Source: Bacilli bacterium
GTDB lineage: Bacteria; Bacillota_I; Bacilli_A; RF39; UBA660
Reading direction: 5' to 3'
DNA: 64,000 nucleotides
Assembly: GCA_900753325.1 (NCBI GenBank)
Contig: CAADYO010000001.1
Location: 66,546 to 130,545, forward strand
Both the position numbers and the translations under genes were made by a program. Shown here one piece after another: positions 19,210-28,190 of the stretch. Position 1 is the first letter of the stretch, and the number at the start of each line of letters is the position of its first letter. The notes under the pieces are model-generated. The model saw only the letters and a program-made list of their open reading frames with translations, did no database searches and had not been told where the DNA came from.

Positions 19210-21240
19210 TTAATTGTAGATATATAGTTCATGTTGACATCTTGTACAAGCAACATATAAAAGATTTCTTTCATTTTTACGATAAGAATTATTACGATCA
19301 TTATAAATAATTACACTGTCAAACTCTAAACCTTTTGCGATATAAGCCGGTATTATAATTAAGTTCTTTTGAAACTTCTTAGTATTAGCATCTACTAAAG
19401 AAATATTAATATGATCCTTTAATTTGTCATATAAATCTTCAGCTTCTTTATAATCTTTTGTAATAATTGCAGTACTTTTATATTCTTTTTGTAAAGTTTC
19501 TATATCTTCTAATAAACTTTCTGTTAAATCTTTTATATCTTTTCTGAATACTACTGGTTTATTATTATCTTTACGAATAGCATTAACATGTTTTAAATTA
19601 AGAATTTTATTGGTATATTCTATTATTTCAGGGGAAGAACGATATGTTTTTAATAATTCTAAATATTTAGTATCTCCTTTAAATAATGGGCTTAGTTCTT
19701 CTAATGTTTTATAACTATAGTATGGATTTATATTTTGATTAATGTCTCCTAGAATTGTAAAGTCTGCTTTTTGAAATATTTTACTTATTATAACGTATTG
19801 AAGCATATTATAGTCTTGAGCTTCATCGATAACTACTTGTTTAATATTTGCCTCATATGGAAAGCCTTGAAGTGTACCTTTGATATAGGAAAACAATAAG
19901 GCATCTTCATAATTGATAATATTTTTCTTAACAAATTCATTTATTTCTCTATCTGTTAATGTTACTTGGCAAAAAGGACTGATCCAAAAATCATAATATA
20001 TTTTTTTATAGTCTTTTTCAAAATTTGAACTTTCTTTTAGAAGTTTACCAAATGTTTTAGCTTTTTTATTACTGCCTTTGTAAAACTGTTGTGATAGTTT
20101 TTTGGACATTTCATCTAGTCGTTCAAATAAAGGAAAGCGATCATATTTGTAAGTTAACATTTCGTTTAATTCTTCTTTCAAAACAACATTAAATTCATTT
20201 TCAATAATATCTCCTGTGAAGTGGCACTTTGCTATATAGTCTTTTAAGTATGCATCTAAATCGGCTATTATTTCATTACTTTGTTTATATTTTACTAAGT
20301 CTGGGTTAGTCTCACTGTATGTATAATATCTTGAGACAAAGTCAGAAAATGTTTCAACGTTTTTATATTCAGTTATGAAATATGATAGATAATCATTAAA
20401 AGTTGTTTGTAGTGTATTATTTTCTCCTAGAGATGGTAAAACATCAGAAATATATTCAGTAAAGACATTATTTGGAGAAAAAATTAGAATATTATTACTG
20501 TTTAAATCTTTTAAACGATATAGTAAGAAGGCAATACGGTGAAGAGCAACCGTTGTTTTTCCTGATCCTGCTATTCCTTGAACTATTAGGTTATTGTCTT
20601 CTAAGTTTCTGATTACTCTATTTTGTTCTTGTTGGATAGTGTTAACAACGTTTTTCATCTTATCACTAGACTCTGTTGCTAAAACTTCTTGTAAAACTTC
20701 GTCATCAATATTTAGGGAATTATCAAATACTCCTACTAATTTATTATGTTCAATTTTGTATTGCCTTTTTCTTTTTAGTTCTCCTTCATATATACCACCT
20801 GGTGCTTTGTAACTACATGGTCCTATTTCGTAGTCATAGAATAAGCTACAAACCGGACTACGCCAGTCGTATAAGATATTGTTTAGGTCGTCATCTTTTA
20901 AGTATGTTAGAGAAATGTAAATATTATGAATTTTATTTTCATCATCTTTAAATATAATTGACGCAAAATATGGTTTGTTTTTAATTTGACAAAGTTTTTT
21001 GAAATAAGCTTGTTTTTGCAAAGCTTTTTCTGCTTCGTGAGAAGTTGCGGCCATTACTTGTTGTATCTCTGCTTCATCAAAACTTGTTGAGTCTTCCCAC
21101 ATCATTTTTTTAAATTCTTTCAAATTTTCTTCATCATCATATACATCTTGTCCTAATGAAGATAGTCTATCACCTAGTAATTTTTGGACCTTTTTTAAGA
21201 TTTTTTGTTCCGTTTTAAACTCTTGCTCGCTAATTGCCAT
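19210..21240 (-). CDS. UvrD/Rep-type superfamily 1 helicase, HelD (helicase IV)-like
   Basis: The 676-aa ORF has Walker A (GIAGSGKTTVALHRIAFLLY) and a downstream VIDEAQD motif. The N-terminal coiled-coil-like domain resembles HelD. Confidence 0.65.
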   Translation of the reverse strand: MAISEQEFKTEQKILKKVQKLLGDRLSSLGQDVYDDEENLKEFKKMMWEDSTSFDEAEIQQVMAATSHEAEKALQKQAYFKKLCQIKNKPYFASIIFKDDENKIHNIYISLTYLKDDDLNNILYDWRSPVCSLFYDYEIGPCSYKAPGGIYEGELKRKRQYKIEHNKLVGVFDNSLNIDDEVLQEVLATESSDKMKNVVNTIQQEQNRVIRNLEDNNLIVQGIAGSGKTTVALHRIAFLLYRLKDLNSNNILIFSPNNVFTEYISDVLPSLGENNTLQTTFNDYLSYFITEYKNVETFSDFVSRYYTYSETNPDLVKYKQSNEIIADLDAYLKDYIAKCHFTGDIIENEFNVVLKEELNEMLTYKYDRFPLFERLDEMSKKLSQQFYKGSNKKAKTFGKLLKESSNFEKDYKKIYYDFWISPFCQVTLTDREINEFVKKNIINYEDALLFSYIKGTLQGFPYEANIKQVVIDEAQDYNMLQYVIISKIFQKADFTILGDINQNINPYYSYKTLEELSPLFKGDTKYLELLKTYRSSPEIIEYTNKILNLKHVNAIRKDNNKPVVFRKDIKDLTESLLEDIETLQKEYKSTAIITKDYKEAEDLYDKLKDHINISLVDANTKKFQKNLIIIPAYIAKGLEFDSVIIYNDRNNSYRKNERNLLYVACTRCQHELYIYN

Positions 21241-21417
21241 TTAGTACCTCCTTCTTAATTTATTCTTTAAAAACTAAAATACCACATTTATTCATGTAGT
21301 CACAATTATAAATATAATATTTTCGCCAAACGTCTCTATCAATATATCATAAGTTTATTTTCAAAGCAAGAAAAAAAGAGAAATATTTCTCTTACAAAAT
21401 TATTTAGCCTCTTCGAT

Positions 21418-22035
21418 TTATTTCCACGTTATATTATTTCTGATTATTTTTGCGGGATTTCCTGCGACAAGGCAATTATCTGGTATGTTCTTTGTAACTA
21501 CAGAGCCTGCACCAATCACTACATTATTTCCTATCGTCACGCCTTTTAAAATAGTACATCTCATTCCTATCCAAACGCTATTTCCTATTGTAATTGGGAT
21601 AGAACTAGTTTTATTATCAATGCAATGTTCATCTGTGTCTCGGATTATTACATTTTCTCCTATAAAAACATTATTACCTATTGTAATGCTTTTTTTACAA
21701 TATATTTTAGAATCTACATTCACGAAGCTTCCATCGCCAATATTTAATGTTGCATTTTCATGTACTACTATTTTTGAACCTGTATATAAATAGAACTTTC
21801 CATCTATATTTAGTTTAGAGTTTTTTTGCATTATGAAAATTGTATTTAATTTGCCTGTATATCCAATATTGCGTCCAATTCCAAATTTGTTTTTAATCTT
21901 CATTTTTGCCGTTTTATCAACTGTATACTGAGTATTTTTATATACATAAATAATGCATTTTCTCCTATAGCTTTCTAATATACTTAGAGTAACTTTGCAT
22001 TTTTTAAATAACTCTTTTGTATATAATTTATCCAT
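21418..22035 (-). CDS. Left-handed beta-helix (hexapeptide repeat) O-acetyltransferase
   Basis: The 205-aa ORF has [LIV]GxxxxIG hexapeptide repeats (IGNNVFIGENVII...IGNSVWIGMRCTI...IGNNVVIGAGSVV), as in the LacA/NodL/WbbJ family. Confidence 0.7.
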   Translation of the reverse strand: MDKLYTKELFKKCKVTLSILESYRRKCIIYVYKNTQYTVDKTAKMKIKNKFGIGRNIGYTGKLNTIFIMQKNSKLNIDGKFYLYTGSKIVVHENATLNIGDGSFVNVDSKIYCKKSITIGNNVFIGENVIIRDTDEHCIDNKTSSIPITIGNSVWIGMRCTILKGVTIGNNVVIGAGSVVTKNIPDNCLVAGNPAKIIRNNITWK

Positions 22036-22534
22036 TATGTCGTATTTTCTCTAAAATTTTTACTTTATATGTTGCTTCTTTGACACTGAATGGAGATTCT
22101 TCACCAATTTTTCTTTGAAAAATGGCCTTTCCTATTGGAGAATTTATTGATATTTCATTTATTTGTGAGTTTCCATCAGTTCCAACCAACTTATACTCAC
22201 CTTCTTCTATATCATCAGCAGCATACGTCATTCTCAATAGAATTGTATCATTAATGTTTACTTGTTCGTCACTTAATGTTGGAATATCAATAATATTTGC
22301 CATTTCCATTCTTCTTGATAATTGATTCATTTGTGCTACTAACAATTTTTCCTCTTTTTGTAAGGCTTCAAATTCTCCGTTGTCGTGAGCACCATCTCCT
22401 GCTGCATTTTGAAAAGATTGACTCATTGCGAGTTCGTTTTCATCATATCTTTTTTTTAGTTCTAGTAACTCTTCTTTTAACTTCTCATATCCTTCTCTTG
22501 TGAGTCTTACTTTTTCACCATTAATATTTTTCAT
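22028..22534 (-). CDS. GreA/GreB-family transcription elongation factor, paralog 1
   Basis: The 168-aa ORF has an N-terminal coiled coil and a C-terminal FKBP-like motif (SINSPIGKAIFQRKIGE). Confidence 0.65.
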   Translation of the reverse strand: MKNINGEKVRLTREGYEKLKEELLELKKRYDENELAMSQSFQNAAGDGAHDNGEFEALQKEEKLLVAQMNQLSRRMEMANIIDIPTLSDEQVNINDTILLRMTYAADDIEEGEYKLVGTDGNSQINEISINSPIGKAIFQRKIGEESPFSVKEATYKVKILEKIRHNG

Positions 22535-22536
22535 AT

Positions 22537-23112
22537 TTATATTTCTCCTTCCTTGTTAGTAAGATATTTTGCCACTTCATCATATATTTTTAGTTGTTCC
22601 TGAAAATGTTTAAAGTTTTCTTCTTCACTGTTCATTGCTTTTGGAAGTGTTTGACCTTTAAATATAACGATTTTATCAAAAGTACTTCCTTTACCTTTTG
22701 GTTCAGTGCTAATTGTTGCTTCTTCTATACTCAAAAATTGTTTTACCTCTCCTTCTGGAGTTGCATATGTTAAACATTCCTTTAATTTGATTGCTCTATT
22801 ATGTTTGTTTACCATCAATTTTATAATGTCTTCACTTGTCAACATGCTATTAATATATTTTAGGAATGGTCCTGGAAATCCGTTTAATTCTTCTATATAA
22901 TAACCTACATCTGATTTAATTACTGGCGTGTTTAACTTTTTTGCTGCATACAATGCCGAATACTTTGACACCTCTTCTACACTCCGAGACTGTATTTCTG
23001 GTGTATCCATTTTTTCATGCAATAAATTAATTTTGTATTTACTAAATATTTCAGATGCTATTTTCCACTTTCCTAAATTACCTGTTACCATAGTTATACT
23101 AATACTTTTCAT
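22537..23112 (-). CDS. Non-canonical purine NTP pyrophosphatase (Ham1/RdgB family)
   Basis: The 191-aa ORF has TGNLGKWKE-like, SDVGYYIEELNGFPGPF and GKGSTFDKI motifs that match the ITPase family. Confidence 0.65.
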   Translation of the reverse strand: MKSISITMVTGNLGKWKIASEIFSKYKINLLHEKMDTPEIQSRSVEEVSKYSALYAAKKLNTPVIKSDVGYYIEELNGFPGPFLKYINSMLTSEDIIKLMVNKHNRAIKLKECLTYATPEGEVKQFLSIEEATISTEPKGKGSTFDKIVIFKGQTLPKAMNSEEENFKHFQEQLKIYDEVAKYLTNKEGEI

Positions 23113-23138
23113 TCTTTTCTCCTTATAATTAATATTTT

Positions 23139-23795
23139 TTATAGTTGTATCCTATCAATTAAACTTTTGGTTAATACTTTTACATTTTGTGTTCCATCCA
23201 ATCTTTCAATATCATATTTATCTACATATTTGTTCCATATTAAAGCGGCTTGTTTCAACATTTCTAAGTTTTCCTTTTCTTCCGGTATATCCTTTCTATT
23301 CTGAATACGTTGAAATGCTACTTCAGGTGGAACATCTAGATAGAATGGAAAGGTCGGTTCAATGATTTTGCCCTCATATAAAGCACTTTCTAAAACCTTT
23401 AGGGATGAAGGTGCTGATGTTTCACTGTATAGTTCTGACAAAACCATTTTGCCATATATATACCAATCAGTTACTAAAAAATCATTGTTGTTTAGAATTT
23501 CTGGAAATATCGTTCTTAAGTATGTCAAAAAGGAAACATTATGAAAGATTTGATTTTCATCTCGAGTAATAATTTTTTTTCTTACGCAACCATTTACCAC
23601 ATCCCAAAATACATTGAAACTAGATGATGTGTTGAAGATACAGGCTTTATACCCGGCAAAATTAATTTCATTTACAACATTTTGTGCTAATGCTGTCTTT
23701 CCCGAGCCATCAATTCCTTCTATTGTAATTATTCTTCCTTTTTTATCAGCTATAATCGAATCATTTTCTATACTTTTGTTAAATATACTTTCCAT
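23139..23795 (-). CDS. P-loop nucleoside/nucleotide kinase, thymidylate-kinase-like
   Basis: The 218-aa ORF has IEGIDGSGKT, a Walker A typical of Tmk/dNK-family kinases. The lid region diverges from canonical Tmk. Confidence 0.5.
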   Translation of the reverse strand: MESIFNKSIENDSIIADKKGRIITIEGIDGSGKTALAQNVVNEINFAGYKACIFNTSSSFNVFWDVVNGCVRKKIITRDENQIFHNVSFLTYLRTIFPEILNNNDFLVTDWYIYGKMVLSELYSETSAPSSLKVLESALYEGKIIEPTFPFYLDVPPEVAFQRIQNRKDIPEEKENLEMLKQAALIWNKYVDKYDIERLDGTQNVKVLTKSLIDRIQL

Positions 23796-26154
23796 CTTTT
23801 TTTTGCTTCCTATAATTCTTAATACATACTTGCCATCCTTTTATATTTCCTTTTAAACTGTGAACTGTATAGCTAATTGGCAAATTATATTTTTTGAAGA
23901 TTCTTCTTAATATCTTGTTTATAGTATACAACTCATGTCCAACCAATGCCCACCATAAATAACGATAATCCTTATACTTTAAAAAAATAAACATACTAAC
24001 ACCTGTATCTTGCATTCCATAACGGTATAATTTTTGTTTTATTTCTTCCTCTGTTGTTGGATGCTGATGATATATTTGTATTTCTGGGTTGTACAATAAC
24101 TCATATCCTTTTTTTGCTATTTTGTATCCTATTTCTAATGTTAAGCCATCAACATTGTTGTTTGTTCCTAAAAATTCTTCATAGCCACCGACTTCAAGTA
24201 AAACTTTCTTAGGAATCATTTGATTTGCTCCTGCACACATCTTATGTAATTTCCAGGGAATAAATTTATGCTTGAATTTTTTTAGGTATCTTCTAGACCA
24301 ATATTTAATTTTATTTCCTTTACTCAAACCGCCCTTTTGTTCCCATACCTTAGAATAAGCATTTGATGTCTTACTATACATGCTTACTTTTCCGGAGCAA
24401 TACCCAAGATTTGAATTCTTTTTAAATTCTTCCACAAATTTGTACAACCATTTTTCATCACTTATAATTGTGTCATCATCTGTACTTACTATATACTTTC
24501 CATTTGCCTTTTTTATTCCATAATTTAGGGCAAATGATTTTCCTTGTCTTGGTTCATGAAATACACTAACATTATATTGTTCCTCAAATTTTTTTGTTTT
24601 GATGTATGTTTTATCTGAATAATGATTTTGAATTATTATTACCTCTATATTTCTATCTTCAAGTATTTTCGTTTCTTTCAAACTGTTTAATAACAGCTTT
24701 AGCTTGTGATCATTTTTGTATGTCGGTATGATCAATGATATTAATTTTTCGTTTTTATACTCTGTACCATTAATATACAATGTATCCGCCTTACTTTTCA
24801 AAAATGTTTCAATAGCGTCGTCAACGCTATCACATATTGGATCTCCCATTACATTTAGTGATGTATTCATTAGTATTGGGGCTAACCCTTTATCTTTTAA
24901 CTTATATAATATATCATATAAGATCGGATTATCATTTTTCATTAAGGTTTGAACTCTTGTAGTTCCATCGACGTGAACAATTGCTGGAGCCAATTCTTTT
25001 GTTATACTCTTTGCATTTGCACAAAACGTCATGTATGGAGAATCATAATCTTGATAAAAGTACTCACTCACAAGTTCCCTAGGAATGACAGCTGCGACAG
25101 GTCTATATGGTTCTCTACCTTTGATTTCCTCACTTATTCTTTGTTTCATTTTCATTGTATTTGGTAACCCTATAAAACTTCTATGTCCTAATGCTCTGGC
25201 CCCTATCTCACTTCTTCCTTGATACCACGCTATAATTTTTCCCTCAAGTAAATCATCAATAACTTTTTCATCATACAATGAATTAGACTCTATTCCATTG
25301 CCTAAATATGGATAATCACATTTTATTCTTGGATGGTTGTATAGAATTGCCCCTAGGGATTGTCCTGAATCTGTTGAAATGGGACTAACATAAACGTTAT
25401 CATAGATTTTTTCATCTATTAGTTTTGAATTAAGCGTAATATTTAATGCACACCCACCAACAAGACATATATTTCTTGAAAATTCGTTATGCTTTTTTAA
25501 ATGCTCTGCACAACTATCAACCCAGAATTTATGTGCATTAAATGCAATATCTTGTTTATATGGATCTTTCCATACTTCTGTATATATTGGTCTTAATTTA
25601 AAAGTCTTCAGAAGACCGTCAACATTATCGAAATATAACTGGTTTATATCTTGAACATTTGTCTTTATTAGCTGCATTATTTTTTCGTTATATTTTCCAT
25701 ATGAACTTAGTCCCATTAGCTTTCCTACTCCACTTGTATGTGCTTTGCTTCCTTTTGGCTCTATTATCATTTGGGCGATAGTTCCATAGAATTTACCTGT
25801 AAAAGGCCTATCATCTAGTTCTTCAACTAACCATACTTTATTACCTTTTTTATAGTATAGCTTAGTATATCCGTCTTCTGAACCACCATCGGAACATAAA
25901 ATGACACATTTTTTAAAATTAGAAGGATATGACGTTCCAATGTGGTTATTATGATGTCCAGTTAACTTTGCTTTAAACTTTCTTCCTAAAATAGTTACTT
26001 CATCTGAACCATATAGATTATTCCATTTAGTTATTAATAACTCCGATATATCATCTATACTTATTTTTAAACTTTGTAAAGCTTGCAATATTAATTTTTC
26101 TACTTCATCTGTATTTTTAAATCTTGCGTGTTTTTTTTCTACATATTCTTTCAT
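23779..26154 (-). CDS. Carbamoyltransferase (NodU/CmcH family) fused to a C-terminal GT2 glycosyltransferase domain; its N-terminus sits in a separate frame (see 26117..26320)
   Basis: The 791-aa ORF has a Carbam_trans core (LVGGCALNITLNS...YVSPISTDSGQSLGAI). The C-terminus has a GT2 signature (LISLIIPTYKNDHKL...STDDDTI). Confidence 0.7.
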   Translation of the reverse strand: MKEYVEKKHARFKNTDEVEKLILQALQSLKISIDDISELLITKWNNLYGSDEVTILGRKFKAKLTGHHNNHIGTSYPSNFKKCVILCSDGGSEDGYTKLYYKKGNKVWLVEELDDRPFTGKFYGTIAQMIIEPKGSKAHTSGVGKLMGLSSYGKYNEKIMQLIKTNVQDINQLYFDNVDGLLKTFKLRPIYTEVWKDPYKQDIAFNAHKFWVDSCAEHLKKHNEFSRNICLVGGCALNITLNSKLIDEKIYDNVYVSPISTDSGQSLGAILYNHPRIKCDYPYLGNGIESNSLYDEKVIDDLLEGKIIAWYQGRSEIGARALGHRSFIGLPNTMKMKQRISEEIKGREPYRPVAAVIPRELVSEYFYQDYDSPYMTFCANAKSITKELAPAIVHVDGTTRVQTLMKNDNPILYDILYKLKDKGLAPILMNTSLNVMGDPICDSVDDAIETFLKSKADTLYINGTEYKNEKLISLIIPTYKNDHKLKLLLNSLKETKILEDRNIEVIIIQNHYSDKTYIKTKKFEEQYNVSVFHEPRQGKSFALNYGIKKANGKYIVSTDDDTIISDEKWLYKFVEEFKKNSNLGYCSGKVSMYSKTSNAYSKVWEQKGGLSKGNKIKYWSRRYLKKFKHKFIPWKLHKMCAGANQMIPKKVLLEVGGYEEFLGTNNNVDGLTLEIGYKIAKKGYELLYNPEIQIYHQHPTTEEEIKQKLYRYGMQDTGVSMFIFLKYKDYRYLWWALVGHELYTINKILRRIFKKYNLPISYTVHSLKGNIKGWQVCIKNYRKQKKDGKYI

Positions 26155-26320
26155 ATTCCAAATGCAAAAGAATTTTTTTGTTATCTGCTATAGTTATAGA
26201 AGAATCATGGTAGCAAAAAGATATTGACAATATGTATTTTTTCATTAATTCTTTTCTCCATTTCTTTTTGTTTACTATGTTATCATCTTTTAAAAATTTG
26301 TCAATATATGGTTGTATCAT
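26117..26320 (-). pseudogene. Out-of-frame N-terminal fragment of the carbamoyltransferase gene (frameshift at an A8 tract)
   Basis: The 67-aa ORF ...KYILSISFCYHDSSITIADNKKILLHLEYERICRKK matches the conserved NodU N-terminus (ILGIS..YHDSAAAL...EERFTRKKH). It joins the 791-aa frame if one A is removed from the A8 run at 26131-26138 on the coding strand. Confidence 0.6.
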
Positions 26321-26409
26321 TCATTCGAATAAAATAACTTTTTTATAGAAAGCAATACTTTTGTATCAATATGCAAAAAACATTCTATAAAAAGAATATT
26401 TTCATCATC

Positions 26410-26904
26410 TTATTTTATATATAGTTTGTTTCTTTCTCCTACAGAACTATGACTTCCAGTTTCTTTTGCGTTTGACAATCCTAAAAAAGTAGTAACAAAC
26501 GCATCTACACCTTTTTTTAAGTCTTCTTCTGTGTCAAAGGCTCTAGTGCAATCAGTCTTTGGTATAATATAAGACTTTCCATTAGGGGATGTATAATTAA
26601 TCACTTTACTTTCTGGGTACTTTTCTAAAAACTCTTCTGTTTCATAATCGAAATTGAAATTAAGTGTCATATCGGCAGGTTCAACTTTACCTACTATATA
26701 TCTTATTGTTTTTATTGTAGTCCTTTCTTCTAAATCAGCACCTAAATATGGTATTTCTTGATTTAGACTTACTATAACTGGTGACTCTTTTACAGGATAT
26801 TTATAATCTTCTAATGAATCTACTATATCACAATAAGTTACTAATTGTGGACAACTGGCATGACAGTGATAGTAGATTGTTAGGGCTTTTTGTCTTCCTT
26901 CCAT
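26410..26904 (-). CDS. Hypothetical protein, paralog A of a duplicated pair flanking the CYTH gene
   Basis: The 164-aa ORF shares blocks with ORF 27670..28173: L-T-[IV]-YYHC, PVIVSL, YTSPNGKSYIIPKTDCTRAFDTEEDL / YKTPSGKVYTTPKSNCTKAFETKEKL, and GVDAFVTTFLGL / GVDAFITRFLNL. Confidence 0.5.
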   Translation of the reverse strand: MEGRQKALTIYYHCHASCPQLVTYCDIVDSLEDYKYPVKESPVIVSLNQEIPYLGADLEERTTIKTIRYIVGKVEPADMTLNFNFDYETEEFLEKYPESKVINYTSPNGKSYIIPKTDCTRAFDTEEDLKKGVDAFVTTFLGLSNAKETGSHSSVGERNKLYIK

Positions 26905-27007
26905 GTTAATTTTTCCTCCTATTAATAATTATATTCATTGTTATGACGATAAATTTCTTATACCATAAGTTTTTGTTTTTAGCAAGAAAAAAGGGAAATG
27001 TTTCCCT

Positions 27008-27646
27008 TTAAAATTCAGTTTTAATACTAGGCATGTCTTTATCAAAAGTAACGATATTATAAACTTCTTTTCCCTGTTCTTTACATATTTCACTATATTT
27101 ATCGTCCCAGGATAATTGATAAGCATCATTTATATTTAAATTCAGTTTTTCTAGCCAGTAATTAATTATTTCTTTGGCTTTGTCTGTATGAGTTTTATCT
27201 TCTATTTCTAGAGCTATTCCAAATGGATATTCATCTACTACAATTTCTATTTCTTTATTTGAATATACATTTCGATATCTTTCATAACTTTCTACTAAAT
27301 CTAGATGAATTACATTTTGTAGTAAATGTATTAGATTATCATATTCACTTGGGTCTATACTTATCTCTACTTCTTCTTCAGTATGAATTAGTTCTTTTGT
27401 TGTACTTGGTAATCTTCTTTTCCAAGTAATCATACATTTAGAAATTTCAGAGGAAGATGTTTTTCTTACTCTAAATCTACCGTCTATTTCCTTACTATAG
27501 AAGTTGTATTCTTTCATTGGATGATTATATTGATCTGTTTTTTCATAAAATGTGCCTTGATAATTTAATTCAGTAAAAGTATTTAGTTTGTTTAGAATTT
27601 TGTCTTTACTATTTTTAGAAAAATAATATCTAATCTCTATTTCCAT
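27008..27646 (-). CDS. CYTH-domain protein (triphosphate tunnel metalloenzyme; CyaB/ThTPase-like)
   Basis: The 212-aa ORF starts MEIEIRYYF (ExExK-type motif). It has RFRVRK and acidic C-terminal strands (EIVVDEYPFGIALEIEDK) typical of the CYTH fold. Confidence 0.6.
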   Translation of the reverse strand: MEIEIRYYFSKNSKDKILNKLNTFTELNYQGTFYEKTDQYNHPMKEYNFYSKEIDGRFRVRKTSSSEISKCMITWKRRLPSTTKELIHTEEEVEISIDPSEYDNLIHLLQNVIHLDLVESYERYRNVYSNKEIEIVVDEYPFGIALEIEDKTHTDKAKEIINYWLEKLNLNINDAYQLSWDDKYSEICKEQGKEVYNIVTFDKDMPSIKTEF

Positions 27647-27669
27647 TTTTACCTCGTTTTGTTGTTATA

Positions 27670-28173
27670 TTATTTTGTATATACCTTTGGCGAATCTATT
27701 GAACTTTTTGATATACTGACGTTTTCTTTTTTGTCTTTTAAATTTAAGAATCTAGTAATAAATGCATCTACTCCGGCTTGTAATTTCTCTTTTGTTTCGA
27801 AAGCTTTAGTACAATTACTTTTAGGAGTTGTATAAACTTTACCGGATGGAGTTTTATAAGTAATCATTTTACCTTCATAACAGCTTTCATAAAAATCAAT
27901 CGGATTTAAAACTTTGTAAATACTTGCATGGGTAATAACACGTTCTGCATCTTCTTCTTGTCCTAATACATATCTGACAGTTTTTGTAGCAGTATGTTCT
28001 TTTAACTCAGCATCTAAATATGAGACTTTTTGACGAAGGCTTACAATAACTGGTGATGTTGTGGGATATTCATAATCTTTTTTCGAACCTATTTGATTAT
28101 ATGATGAAACTATTTGTGGATATTCTTCATTACAATGATAGTAAACCGTTAAGATTTCATTTGTTCTTTTCAT
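27670..28173 (-). CDS. Hypothetical protein, paralog B of the duplicated pair
   Basis: The 167-aa ORF is collinear with ORF 26410..26904 (see that entry). Confidence 0.5.
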   Translation of the reverse strand: MKRTNEILTVYYHCNEEYPQIVSSYNQIGSKKDYEYPTTSPVIVSLRQKVSYLDAELKEHTATKTVRYVLGQEEDAERVITHASIYKVLNPIDFYESCYEGKMITYKTPSGKVYTTPKSNCTKAFETKEKLQAGVDAFITRFLNLKDKKENVSISKSSIDSPKVYTK

Positions 28174-28190
28174 AAATACGTCTTCCTTTT

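Noticed and set aside
20594-20951. Plus-strand ORFs inside the HelD-like helicase gene
   Set aside because: They are antisense to a strongly supported helicase CDS, hydrophobic and low-complexity, and are artefacts.
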